The notes beneath the pieces were generated by a model. The model had not been told where the DNA came from. It saw only the letters and a list, made by a program, of their open reading frames with translations, and did not search any database. The position numbers and the translations under genes were made by a program. This document shows positions 38,812-52,437 of a stretch of DNA of 64,000 nt, one piece after another; position 1 is the first letter of the stretch; the number at the start of each line of letters is the position of its first letter. The stretch is from NCBI GenBank assembly GCA_951406725.2, contig OX597816.1, forward strand, positions 80,228,001 to 80,292,000, given 5' to 3'. Source of the stretch: Octopus vulgaris (taxonomy: Eukaryota).

Positions 38812-39386
38812 CACATTCATTGCCTTTCATTTGTGTGTGTGTGTATCTATGTGTGCGCGCGAGTGCGTATTGGTGTGTGTGTGTGTGTTACTGTTGAAGT
38901 CGCTCGTGCAACTTGTTTGCGTATGTATTGGCTTAGTGGTATAGAATGGTTGGAAACTGTGAATAAGGTGCAAGTTTCGAGTACTTGTCGGTAACTTTTA
39001 TCTCTTCGTCTTCTAATAGTAATTACCCAACTTTCTAAGCTATCCCGCGTTCAAAAATTATACGGGTATTTAAAAAAAATTTCATTTAATGTTTTTACAA
39101 ATAGAAAATTAAAACTTAAAAGAGAAAGTGAGAGACTTTGCAAATGAAAATGGAATACTCCGCAGTGAATGCAAAGAATATTTAAATCTGTGAGAAATTG
39201 GAATTTTAAAAAAGTTAAGAAACTCGAGAAATTGAAATTATAGGAAATTTCTTAGAACAGGAATTTATAAAAATATTACCCGACGGTCAACCCTTTAATA
39301 CGTGTTTTGCTATAGTACTTTGTACTTTTTGTAATTGTTACATACCTAATTAATAAGCAGCTTTCTCCATTATAGTAGAAATGTAT

Positions 39387-39773
39387 GGAGGCGCAATGGC
39401 CCAGTGGTTAGGGCAGCGGACTCGCGGTCGTGGGATCGCGGTTTCGATTCCCAGACCGGGTGTTGTGAGTGTTTATTGAGCGAAAACACCTAAAGCTCCA
39501 CGAGGCTCCGGCAGGGATGGTGGTGATCCCTGCTGTACTCTTTCACCACAACTTTCTCTCTCTCTTACTTCCTGTTTCTGTTGTACCTGTATTTCAAAGG
39601 GCCGCCCTTGTCACTCTCTGTGTCACGCTGAATATCCCCGAGAACTGCGTTAAGGGTACACGTGTGTGTGGAGTGCTCAGCCACTTACACGTTAATTTCA
39701 CGAGCAGGCTGTTCCGTTGATCGGATCAACGGGAACCCTCGTCGTCGTAACCGACGGAGTGCTTCCATCCATC
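39387..39773 (+). mobile_element. tRNA-derived SINE family C, full length
   Basis: Closely similar to 27457-27844; imperfect TSD aga(a/g)atgtat. Confidence 0.93.
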
Positions 39774-40562
39774 AGAGATGTATACATATACATTGTTTTC
39801 ATGGTGTTATAATATGTATAAAATGAGTATAATCTTCTTTCTACACATACGCTCAGTCACACATAAATATATGCATATATATATATATAATATTTACATT
39901 AAATATTGCATCTCAACGGTATAATTCAAAATATCTACTTCAATTATCCTTTAATATAACGGAAGTAAATGTCAAATGTAATATAAGCCAAAGTGTGCTG
40001 AAATACAAGAAACAATGTAAGAAATAATCAACCAGTGTATCAATCCAACTTTAAAGAGGAGAATGGCACAGGATAAAACAGAACAAATAACAAGAAAAAA
40101 ATCAACGAAAATGCAAGCGAAAATGAATTAAAAACAACTTTTGTTGCCTATGATATTACTCATTCTCTCATAGTGACATATGAAATGTTATCGAGTCACA
40201 ACTGAAAAATAACGTTTAATAGTTCTGCTGTTATTTAATTGTATACATGACATTAAGGCTGAAGTGGGTTTTTAGGTAAACTCTACAGATAAAGACTAGC
40301 AGTTATTATAGAAAATCAGGCTCACATTGTGAATATTAGTTTTCATTTTTGAATTCTCTTACATTCTGATGGAACAACCAGAGAGTGTAAAAGAAAGAGT
40401 AGAAGAGAGAAGTATAGAAGGAGAAGGTCGAAGTTAAGAATGTGAAAGAAAACAGAAATACTTGTATATAAACTTATATACAAATTTGCAAATATGACTT
40501 ACGATTCAAAAATTGAATAGCACCATCTACTGTATGTCATATGAGTTTAAAGGGATATATAT

Positions 40563-40960
40563 ATATTTCTTTATTGCCCACAGAGGGTTAAACATAGAGG
40601 GGACAAACAAGGACAAACAAGGAGGTTAAGACGATTACATCAACCCCAGTGCGTAACAGGTACTTATTTAATCGATCTCAAAAGGATGAAAGGCAAAGTC
40701 GACCTCGGCGGAATTTGAACTCAGAACGTAGTGGCAGACGAAATACCTATTTCTTTACTACCCACAAGGGGCTAAACACAGAGAGGACAAACAAGGACAG
40801 ACAAACGGATTAAGTCGATTATATCGACCCCAATGCGTAACTGGTACTTAATTTATCGACCCCGAAAGGATGAAAGGCAAAGTTGACCTCGGCGGAATTT
40901 GAACTCAGAATGTAGTGGCAGACGAAATACCGCTAAGCATTTCGCCCAGCGTGCTAAAGA
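40563..40960 (-). mobile_element. SINE family B tandem dimer (long tail)
   Basis: Two bodies joined at gacgaaatacctatttc (~40737-40753). Confidence 0.9.
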
Positions 40961-41215
40961 TTATCTTGGCGGTTACCGTGTTTTCTCTTGATTCGGTTTC
41001 AGATGCCGACTAATCACAACGGTCCTTTTTTGATACCCGAGCTAACAATAAGTTGCAGGCTCTGGTAACTTTTCTCGCTGGGTAGAGGAATTAATAGTGT
41101 TAATAATAAAGAGAACAGAGATTTTTGTTATTCACATCCATAATTTTATTTAACAGTTATTTCCATCATTTTTACGTGACAAAAAAATCTCCGTTCTCCT
41201 TATATCATATATATA

Positions 41216-41635
41216 GACGTAGGAGTGGCTGTGTGGTAAGTAGCTTGCTTACGAACCACATGGTTCCGGGTTCAGTCCCACTGCGTGGCACCTTAGGCAA
41301 GTGTCTTCTACTATAGCCTCGGGTCGACCAAAACCTTCTGAGTGGATTTGGTAGACGGAAACTGAAAGAAGCTCGTCGTATATATGTATATATACATGTG
41401 TGTGTGTGTGTGTGTTTGAGTGTCTGTGCTTGTCCCCCCAACATCGCTTGACAACCGATGCTGGTGTGTTTACGTCCCCCGTAACTTAGCGGTTCGGCAA
41501 AAGTGACCGATAGAATAAGTGCTAGGCTTACAACGAATAAGTCCTGGGGTTGAGATTTGTTCCACTAAAGGCGGTGCTCCGGCATGACCACAATCAAATG
41601 ACTGAAACAAGTAAAAGAGTAAAAGAGTAAAGAGT
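41216..41635 (+). mobile_element. SINE family A, full length
   Basis: Best-preserved copy; B-box-like gggttcagtcc; tail (gtaaaaga)n. Confidence 0.92.
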
Positions 41636-43759
41636 ATATAAGAGGTTGCTAAGTTCCTGGCTTTGGGTAAAAGAAAATACAAGAGGATCAGTTAATTATG
41701 TTTTTATTCAACTTATACCCCTCTCAGAGTCACAAACTTATTGCAGTGGTCCTTCAATTTTTCTAAAATCTTGTAAAAGAACTCGGAACGTTGGACCTCC
41801 AGCCAGGCCTTTCGCGACACCTTTTGTACACACATGCATACACAGACACGCACACACATGTATATATATATGAATATGTATGTGTGTGTACTTGCACGCG
41901 TTTGTGTCTACGTGTAAATGCATATATATGTCTTTGCGTGTGTATGTATAGATACAGATAAACATACACGCATGCATGTCGGTTCTACAGAAAGGGAACA
42001 CCTGCAAACATCATGTGCAATCTGAAGTATCATTCTAAAAATTACAATTAGAATGTCTCCCTTTAATATAATTACTATAATCATGGCTTGTAATGCTGAA
42101 ATTAGAAAAGCGTTTAATTTGTTGCTTCTTTATTACATGTTTTGATAAATTTGAGTGGAAACACCTTTTTCATTAGGGTTTTGTGATTAATGAGTTGAAG
42201 TTTTATGTAATTAGATTCTGCAAAATCTCTTGATTTTACTGATGGCTTCAGTGCAAGAAATATTTGTCAGCTTCCAAAGAGAGGAAGATTTTGTTACCTC
42301 GTTATGAATTTCAAGACTCTCAAAAGCTAGCTGGATTGGAATTAAATATTCAATTAAATGTATACGTAGAATACAATAGATCAACAAAATAAAGTAAGAA
42401 GTTCATGAGGTTAGAAAATTTAAAGTTACGTAAAGATATCTCAGAATTTAGGACAAACAGAAAGATCACGGAGTAAAAAAACGGAAAAAATAATTTCTGG
42501 TGAAGGAAAAAATAAACACCCTGTTCCACAAACATTCTACTGGATAATGTGTCCATAAAAACTAAGATTCATGAAATAATCCAGAAATAGCTTAACTTTT
42601 AAAAACTGTTGACTTCGGTGAACTAAAAATTTTGTCCATCCAGATACTTAATCAGAAACCATCGAATTAAAGTCATGGGAATGATTTCACTTAAGGAGAG
42701 AGGAAAATATTTGAAGCAGTGACATAAGACTTTAGGGGTATTTCATAAACAGAAGTGATGCATGGCTTATTTTTTGTCATGAATTCTTACTGAAATGCGA
42801 AAGCATAAATCAGCTAAATTTTATGAATGTTTTTCGAAAATCATGAAATTCGCAAGATTTTCTCCAGACTTAAAACCACTTTGAGAATTTATGACAAATT
42901 ATTAAGTTAAAACTAAATTCAAGAGATTTAGGAGTTATTATTCTTAGCTATTCAGGAAAACCTGTCCAGATAATTTTGGATAAAGCATTGAAATAACTCT
43001 AAAATAAACATAACATACATTGGTGATTAAATTGTGGTCATAAACATACAATAAACCTATTTTTATTTGATTCTCATTACATTATTATTGCTGGCAAAGC
43101 TGTTAGCGCATCGGACGACGTTCTCCTCGGCATTCCGTCCAAGTTTACGCTCCCAGTTCAAATTCTACCGGCGTCTATTTTGCATTTCATCCTTTTGGCC
43201 TTGTACCTATAATAGAAGGGGTTATTATTAATTTTATTATTATTCGATTTCAAGAAAAACTAATTTGAATTTGAAAACAAATTTCGCACTTTGTAATTGG
43301 TGGCACGTGTACACACACACATACAAACACGCATATGTATACACACACACACGCGCACACACATATATAGGTATTATGTATGTTTGTGTGTGTGTCTGTG
43401 TGTAACGAATGCGCATACATACTTCATGTTTATATCGCAAAGTGTTATGATGAGGAATATAGAACCATTCATTACATGTAGACGAATTAAATATTCTGTT
43501 ATAGTATCTGTAAGGAACATGCTTAATAGATTGTTTCTATTGCTTCTTGATTTCAAGTGTCATCTTTATATCAAAACAACGTAGCTGATAACATTGAAAA
43601 GGTGGACACAAGAATGAACTACGCACTTCCTACAACAACTTCCGTCTGCAGATATTCAAATTAGATATTCAAGTCAATTAATTCTAAAAATCATCTCAAC
43701 TTGTAAAAATGCTTCAACAATTTGTGTGCATTCATGCATATGTTGGTGTGATTAATGCC

Positions 43760-44580
43760 ACTTGGTCTGGTGGTTCGGTCTTTTTCTAGAATGTTAAAAA
43801 ACGCCTTGAAGTGTCAGATCTGTTTAAATTATTGGATCTGATGTCTATATAGTTATCACACTGAAATTTATTGATAGAAAAGTTTTCTTAGAATTATATA
43901 AATAAACAGATTCTTCGTGTATGGTTTGTATTGCTAAAGAATTTTCAATGGCTGTTTAACTTTCCTTTAAGTTTCCAAATATAGTTGGAAAATCCAATGG
44001 CTTCCCTCTTCTCTATATTTCTGAGGCAATATGAAAATTTATCTACTATTTCAATATGTTTGCTCAAGGCTCTGGCTCTTCAAGATAATCCCAACCTCGC
44101 AGAAAATAACCCTGTTGCTCCGGCCTCGCTCGACAAATTAAGTTGGCTTGTTGTCAATACGAGTAATTTTTCTCAACTTATTTGACTTTTATATTAAACT
44201 ATAGTACCGTATATTACATTATATTATATTCAAATAATTTCTTCTAAGGATAGTCGTTTGGACAACGATAATTAAAAAGCCTGAATATTTATACTGAATT
44301 TTACATGTAACGGGAAGGAGCAATGTGATCAGACGATTTTTACGTATTTTGCTGTTAATGTGTATGGGAGGATCAGGATGTAATGAATATTACCATTATA
44401 TCTGATTGATATCAGTATGTTATTACAGTAAAAGCACGGTGTATTGAAATGGCTTTTGTGTGGCATTATAATGGGAATTGTAATATTAATAATTTGACAA
44501 TGTTTTTGAAAGCATTGGAGAGAAGTTGGAGTAATTTATAATCTATATGATGCTTTTGAATGCCTTCCAACGTGGCTCGT
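43760..44580 (-). mobile_element. Heavily decayed Penelope-like ORF remnant (RT thumb to GIY-YIG region)
   Basis: Minus-strand peptides resembling PLE motifs: YP*KKLFEYNN, LRKITRIDNK, RNIEKREAIGFSNYIWKLK, RRICL. Confidence 0.5.
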
Positions 44581-44774
44581 TTTCATGCATATTCAGGCTG
44601 GCTGTAAAGTCGAAGACGTTAACTGTACACATGTTCGTGGAAATCGTTATATTAAAGCCGAAATTGAAATGCAAATTATTACACGCACTTATACCATACA
44701 TACATGCATGCATATATACATACATACATACATACATACATACATACATACATACATACATACATACAATATAT

Positions 44775-45169
44775 ATATTAGCAATAATTATAACGATATA
44801 GAATATGGAGATTTGTGCATCCTCAAAATATACTTATTATTTTACAATTCTATACAGCATCTCTTTATGGTTATTACGACACAGCACATACTACGGAGTG
44901 TTGCAGATGCAACCGGCCATGATTTCAGGTCTATTTCAGGGTCTATCCATCTGACTAGCTTCGAAACTAGCCAAATAGACAGAATCTGAAGAAGCTGCAC
45001 CGAAAATCGTGCCCAGTCGCATCTGCAACTGTCCGTAAAATGCGCAGTGCAAAAACATGTAGGTCGAAATAGCCATAAAAATATGCTGTATAAAACTGCA
45101 AAAATAATAATTAAATCTTGATGATGAACAAGTCTCCATATTCTATATCGTTATAATCATTGCTAATAT
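44775..45169. repeat. Imperfect long inverted repeat (~160-bp arms)
   Basis: atattagcaataattataacgatatagaatatggaga... pairs with ...tctccatattctatatcgttataatcattgctaatat. Confidence 0.85.
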
Positions 45170-45420
45170 TACCGAAACAATATTACCGTCCAATGAAGCG
45201 AGTACGGAATTACCGATCACAGGAACTTACAGAGTGACTGACAACTAATAGTTGTCATACACATTATATACTCTTCGATGTGGTTAGCCGTATCCTAGAT
45301 ATTAGCTGAGAGCCACCATAGTATGATCCCGGATAATATGTCTGTGTAAACTCTCTCTCTCTCTCACTTTCTCTATCCCTATCTCTCTCTCTCACTCTCT
45401 CTCTCTCACTTTCTCTATCC

Positions 45421-45462
<42 letters not shown>

Positions 45463-45491
45463 CTCTCTCACACACACACATAATATATATG

Positions 45492-45869
45492 GATATGTGG
45501 TAAGTAGCTTGCTTACCAGCCATATGGTTTCGGGTTCAGTCCCACTGCGTGACACCTTGGACAAGTGTCTTTTACGATAACCTCGGGCCGACCAAAGCCT
45601 AGTCAGTGAATTTAGTAGACGGAAACTGAAAGAAGCCCGTCGTATATATGTTTGTATAAATATATATGTATGTGTGTGTATATGTTTGCGTGTCTGTATT
45701 TGTCCCCTAACATCGCTTGACAACCGATGGTGGTGTGTTTACGTCCCCGTAACTTGGCGGTTCGGCACAAGACCGATAGAATAAGTCCTGGGGTCGATTT
45801 GCTCGACTAAAGCCGGTGTTCCAGCATGGCAGCAATCAAATGACTGAATCAAGTAAAAGAGTAAAAAGA
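45492..45869 (+). mobile_element. SINE family A
   Basis: Homologous to 41216-41635. Confidence 0.9.
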
Positions 45870-46417
45870 CTATATATATAACTCAGTGGAAAAACTAAGC
45901 ACAGTATTCTCGCTCTCTTTGCTCCACCCCCTCTCTCTCTCTTTCTCTTTCTTTCGCTTTATACTCAGAGTAATTTCAGTACTGTAAAAAATTCGTACAC
46001 CCATTCGTGCATATGCAGAGATGCAAACCCACACGGTAACATGCACATGTAGACACACAGTCATCAGGCGATATTCCTGTGTGCTTATTGTTCATGCACT
46101 ACAATCGGCAAAGGAATAAAAGAGTATTTAGATATATGTGTGTATAGTAGCATGTGTGCGTTTGTGCTCTTCACATATATATATATATAATACACATCAT
46201 ATGCATACACACACCTACATACATACAAGTATATATATGTGTGTGTGTGTGTGTGTGGTGTGTATGTGTGTAAGTATGTGTGTGTGTGTGTGTGTGTTTG
46301 TCAGAACATCGTGTATCTGTTTATTAGTTTGCATTGTATTGCATGCTATGGCTATAATATTCTTTTATGCTGCTTTGCTTTCAGGTAAAGAAATCATCAT
46401 CACAACCAAAGGCCTCG

Positions 46418-46437
46418 ACTATTATTATTATTATGAC

Positions 46438-46506
<69 letters not shown>

Positions 46507-46508
46507 CA

Positions 46509-46546
<38 letters not shown>

Positions 46547-46587
46547 GTTGTTGTTGTTGTTGTTATTATTATTATTATTATTATCAC

Positions 46588-46671
<84 letters not shown>

Positions 46672-46709
46672 CATCATCATCATCAACATCACCATCATCA
46701 TCATTATTT
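46418..46709. repeat. (TAT)n/(CAT)n microsatellite
   Basis: About 290 bp. Confidence 0.95.
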
Positions 46710-47019
46710 AGTTGCTTATTTTTTTCTTGTTATCGCTGTTGTTAGAAGAAAACGATAAAAAAAAGCAACCCACACGAATTTTCATACTTATGTATTATGT
46801 AAGTTAATGGCTGAAGCGAACTCATGAATTATTGATGACAGGATTTGCTTGTAGTCTCTCCAATCCCCTTTCTATACCACACTGTTCTACGTCCAACAGA
46901 AATAGACTTCCATACAGCATGGATTCCATAAATTTGACCGTTATATAGCGACTCTTTAGTTTATCACTCTAAACTAGTGAAATAGAAACTACGACGCTTA
47001 GATATTCTAAGCGCTGTCA

Positions 47020-49070
47020 TGAGGATCGGTGATGGAGAAGCTAGTGCTGGTATTACAATGGCGGCGGTGGTGGTGGTAACAGTGGTAATGGTGGTGATAC
47101 AATTTGGATGTGATAATGGTAGTGGTGTCTGTAATTGTGATTATTGTTGTGTTGTTGGTGAAGGCAGAATGAGGTTGTGATAATAATAATATTGGTGGTG
47201 TTAGCAGATACAATAATATGAAATGTAGTAGTGATGGTGGCCTCAGAATGTGATTATGAAAATGGCGGATGCAATAATAGTGTTGATCATAATGGCAGGA
47301 TGTGATTGTTGTAATGCTCATGGTGGCGGTGTTCGTACCGCCGTTGCCGCTGCTGCTGCTGCTGCTGCTGGTGGCGGGGTTTAGGGAATGACAGAGACTT
47401 GGTATGCAGGATGTGATGCTAGAATATTAACGTTGTTGAATGTGATGACGGGTAGTAGCTATGATTATTGTTGTTGTTGTTGTTTAACCACAGGTCGGTT
47501 AGCCCTCATCAAACAGTACTACAATCAAAAGCATTCCAGCTGTGAAAGTGGTGATGGTTTCAGCGGATGCAATGATAGTGTTGAGAGTAACTACAGAATG
47601 TGATTGTGATAATGCTGTCAGAGGCGGCGGCGGTGGTGTTGGTAGCAGCGGTGATGCTGCTGGTTGTGGTAGCGGCCATTTCATCATTTTTTAGATATGG
47701 TGTATATAAAACATTATACAATATCTTCCTATTACCGTTTAAATGACGGTAGACTGTAGTTTGAGTAAGATTTGGTTGCTATTTTTACCAGACAGGGTAC
47801 CATGTAATGATTCCTTAATAGGCTCCTATACGGTAATGATGGGGAAAGTGACAATGATGATGGTGATAGTGATGGTGTTGAATGCGACGGCGACATCAGT
47901 GGCTTTGAATGAACGATAATGTTGGTGGTGCCCGTGAGGGTAATGACGATATAGATGACACTACTGAACGTTGGTAATGGTATTAGTGGTTGTTAGGATG
48001 CAGTGGTGGTAGTAGTAGTTTTTTTAGGTATTTATTCACTGCGGTGTCGAATGGTGTCGAATGTAAAGTAGGTGGCGATTTTTAGTCGTGCTGGAAGTGG
48101 CGTTTGGGATACTAACAAATGAATGTACCGTGGGTGATGGTGGTGGTAGTGATGACTGTGAAGCTTTCAGTAGCAATACTAGAGATATGTTGGTGGTCTT
48201 GGTTGTGGTGATGATGTTGGTAATGGTAATAGTAACGGTTTTCTGTTATTGTAGTTGTATAGCTCATGGCGAAACTCTGATAGAACAGACCTGTGATGAA
48301 AGTTATTCCAGCCATGACCATTCTGTTTGGTATTTTTAAAAGTTGGGTTATCTACTACAACAGTATCTAATGTTGTTCCTAAGGATACTAGAGATTGATT
48401 TGAGGAGTGATTTGGCTGCTATTTCATGGATGGTGTGTGGAAGTGAGAGAGAATTCCAACTGTCCTTATCTTACCGTTCTGCAGTTGTGTCACTAAGAAC
48501 AGACTAGACTAAATCAGACTACATAATCCAACGGGTTCTTTCTTTTCTAAAGCAACAGGGTGTAATTTGAGGATGATTTGGTTACTATTCCTAAACAGGT
48601 CGAGTGACAACGTAGATATTCTGTCTCTGGCTCGGTGGATGGGTTTTGGTTGAAATGGCGTTGATTTTCGTAAAAGTGTTGACGGTTGTGTTTGTGTGAG
48701 TAATACTGGGGTTGATAGCGTTCTCAGTCACTGTGATGGATGAGGTAATAATGTAGCCGTTAATGATGATAATGCTGTTACTGGTGGCGGCGGCGGCGGT
48801 GGTGGTGGTGGTGGTGGGGATGGTGGTGGTTTTGGTGGTGGTGGTGGTGGTGGCGGCGGCGGTGGTGATTCGGTCTTGCTGGTAAGCTAATGATAATGAT
48901 GGTATTAATGTTGTTGTTTGCAGTGGGTAGGGTGATGATAATATAGTTGATGCTGTTGTGGCTGTTTTTTGTTATTTCGTTGTTGTTGGTGTTGTTAGCG
49001 GCAGCGGCAGCGGCGGCGGTGGCGGTAGTCGTAATAGGTTTCTCAACATCGGTGGTGGTGTACGTAATAT
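47020..49070. repeat. Degenerate GGT/GAT-rich low-complexity region with fragments of a dispersed repeat
   Basis: Trinucleotide-phased simple sequence; motif gatttgg(c/t)t(g/a)ctatt at ~47770, 48410 and 48575, also ~10722 and reversed ~50310. Confidence 0.7.
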
Positions 49071-49342
49071 AGGCGTAGTATTGGATTGGATTATGAGGCA
49101 AAGGTTCTGGGAGGAAGCAATTTGAAAGGTCATAACATAGAAAGGGGCGAGCTGTTATATTCAGCTAATGGTTTCTTCCATTTCGCGAGAATAATCTTTT
49201 CTCTGCCATAAAGAAAAGGCATTGAACGAATTATGGTTGTTATGAAATGGTAGCTGGTGTAGGTAGCTCTCTCAACCAAAGACGTGTGGAAAATCGAAAC
49301 GCGTGTATCGTGTACATACATACATATATATACATACATACA

Positions 49343-49406
<64 letters not shown>

Positions 49407-49519
49407 TAGATAGATAGATAGATGCACATAAATACGTATATATATATATATTATACACACACACATACACATATATATATATATTATATACACACACACA
49501 CACACATATATATAATATG

Positions 49520-49561
<42 letters not shown>

Positions 49562-50747
49562 TATATATATTATATACATACATATATGTATGTGTGTGCG
49601 TGCATGTGCGCGCGTATGTGTGTGCGTGCGTGCATGTGTGTGTGTGTGTGTGTGTGTATAGATAGATATAATATACATTTATACAAGAAGAGAGACAGAG
49701 AGAAGTTAGCGAGAGGGAAAGCGAAACAAAAAGAAAGCGAAGAAGGAAGAATGTATTGTAGAAAATACATGACAAGACGACAGTGATAAACAATTAGAAA
49801 TATAAAAAGGGAAGGAAATAAAATTAGAGAATGATGGAGAGACGGTGGGATATGTTTAAAAAGATTTCTTGAGAAAAACAAGCAGAAAAGGCAAAACGAC
49901 ACCGCCATATAGAGAAAGAGGATACGAGAGAGCGGTAGAGTGTGAGAGGCAGAATTAGAGAAATGAGACGTTCATACATTCATGAGGAAAAAAAGAGGCA
50001 ATGAGAGAAAAGGAGAGCAAAGCGGGAGAAAAGACCATGTTGGTATGTGGTTATGCGATAAATAAAGATAAAAGAAAACCGGAGAAGGAAAAGAGGTACA
50101 ACGCATGCGCAGGTGTGAATGTGTAAGGGAGAGTGACAGGAGAGAGCTCTGGGATGTGGTCCTTGTGGTGAGGTGAGATAACAACACGGATAATGCTGCT
50201 CAGTTGTGTGTTAACAGTTGCAGTCGTAATGAAAGAAGCTTTATTAGCATTCGTTATTAGAATACACAAGCAAATAAATTAAGGCATCTCTATGCGGTTA
50301 CCAAACCTGCTAGGAATAGCAGCCAAATTTTCTTTAATTCCCAACTTACTGTCTTCATTCGAGGAAATATTTGTCATTGTCGTCCTAGACATCCCAAATA
50401 TGGATGGTCATGGATGGAACGCTTTTGAATATAGGTATGTTTGACTCGATTCACAACAAAGAAACATTGATAATTATAAATGAATGAACAAATAAATGTT
50501 AGACCTGTATTGATACATTCGTTAGACTCTTTGGTTAGACGCTTTACTTACAACAACAATGTTATGAGGAAACGCATGAACGTCATCACCTCCAGTTTTC
50601 TTTCAGAAAATTACGACTCACTTTGCTCATGTCACAACGAGAAAGACAGACAGTTTGACAGAAAATTTGATAGATCGACAAGGAGGAAAAGTCGAAGAGA
50701 TGTATTTAACTATCGATCTATCGATAGACAGATAGATAGATAGATAA

Positions 50748-50802
<55 letters not shown>

Positions 50803-50803
<1 letters not shown>

Positions 50804-51800
50804 GTTTCTTTATTGGCCACACAGGGCTGCACACAGATGGGACAAGTTACAAGGTAGAGCTTTTCTTTTGGGGGATGAAAAAACAAAAAAAACAAAAGAA
50901 ACATAAAAAAGGGGGATGGCGTAGGTTTTCTATCAAGAGGGATCGTAAAAGGGAAGAAAAGAAAAAATAAATAAATAAATAAAATAAAAATAAAAAAATA
51001 AAAAGAAAAGAAAAGGAAAAGGAACAAAAGAAACGAGAAATGAAAAAAGAAGAAAAAAGGGGAAAAAAGGGGAAGAGGAAAAAAACGATCAATAGGGATC
51101 GTGTATCACAGTGTTATGATATATGGTGTAAAGGGGAAAGCAAGTAAGGTTTATCCGTGGGAAGAAAAGCCTACGAAAAAGACCACGGTAACCTTGGTCA
51201 ATATTGTTATATGTTACCACATTTGTTTGCAAGTGGGTAACCCTCTGTTTTCAATTTCTGGGTTCATAGGATTATGCTGAAGGTGGCTTCGTCATTCATA
51301 CGTGCCATCCTTGCTACATTCACCCATCTTTTTTAAAAACATTCGCTAGACAAAACTTGCCTCTCTACTCTCACTTTCCTTTTCAAATGGTACTTGAAGA
51401 AGTTGATGAGAGATTGACCAGAGAGGAAAGTGTTTGTCTCCAATCCTTTCAGACGCGTCCACCAGATACATTCTTTCGCCATAGCCACAAGGATGATGAA
51501 AATAGCTCTTCCTTCACGTTTGAAGGAAGGAGGCGTGACAATATTGACGATAGACTCAGCTGATAAACCGACTCGTCCCACACGTGACAGCAGTTGTTCG
51601 ACATAAGCCCACAGGTTGGAAATTGTTGGACACTGCACGAGTGCGTGCAGAACGGTTTCGTCGCTCTGACCGCATCTCGGCAGGTCGGCCCCCTGTTTCT
51701 CGAGCCGTGTCTGTAGAGCTTATCCCGAATGGGTAGCGCTTCTCGGTAGCACTGCTAGGCCAGGGATCTCTGGAAGTTGTCCATGGGCCCTGGCCCGAAA
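50803..51800 (-). mobile_element. Tx1/L1-clade LINE, 5'-truncated 3' end in (GATA)n
   Basis: ALPIRDKL..CCHC-like RCGQSDETVLHALVQCP..AKECIWWTR; pyrimidine-rich 3' UTR with AATAAA; (GATA)n on both flanks. Confidence 0.8.
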
Positions 51801-52271
51801 GATAGATTGATAGATAGATAGATAGAAATGAAAGGGTTAAGGAAAAGGAGTTAGAGCTATAATTCGAGGTATAACTAGTTTTCTTGACTCTGGGTGACTG
51901 ACTAGTAATACCTAGCCAAGATACGTCCTTGCTAAAGGATCCTGGAGTTTATGGTAGGTGAGTGAGAGAAGAATTTTTGAATGAGTGACTAAACATGAGG
52001 ATAACTTGCGACAATGAGATATTAATTCTACATCTTAATTTACTCTAATATCTTATTCTATCGGACACTTTTCCCGAACCGCTAGTTTACAGACTATAGT
52101 AGAAAACGCTTGCCCAAGATGTCACAGTAAGACTGAACCCGGTACCATGTGGCAGGGATGTAATCTTCTTATCACAAAACCACGCCTGCGCGCATATATA
52201 TACATACATACATACATACACACACACGTTTATCAATTTGCGTTGCAAAATTCTTTATATATATATATACT

Positions 52272-52437
52272 CTCGGAGTGGTTGGCGTTAGGAAGGGCAT
52301 CCAGCTGTAGAAATTCTGCCAGATCAGATTGGAGCCTGGTGCAGTCATCTGGTTCGCCAGTCCTCAGTCAAATCGTCCAACCCATGTTAGCATGGAAAGC
52401 GGACGTTAAACGATGATGATGATGACGATGATGATGA
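52272..52437 (+). mobile_element. 3' part of a SINE with (GAT)n tail
   Basis: ggttggcgttaggaagggcatccagctgtagaaa core (recalled as resembling the MetaSINE domain) ...ggacgttaaacgatgatgat; single copy here. Confidence 0.6.

Noticed and set aside
42130-42980. Possible ancient CR1/L2 remnant
   Set aside because: Only a KTLGVF-like hint; cannot be supported by eye
46138-46758. 206-aa poly-Tyr/His ORF
   Set aside because: Product of the (TAT)n/(CAT)n tract
47007-49101. His-rich ORFs as real genes
   Set aside because: Arise from GGT/GAT low-complexity sequence interrupted by repeat fragments; no splice or domain evidence
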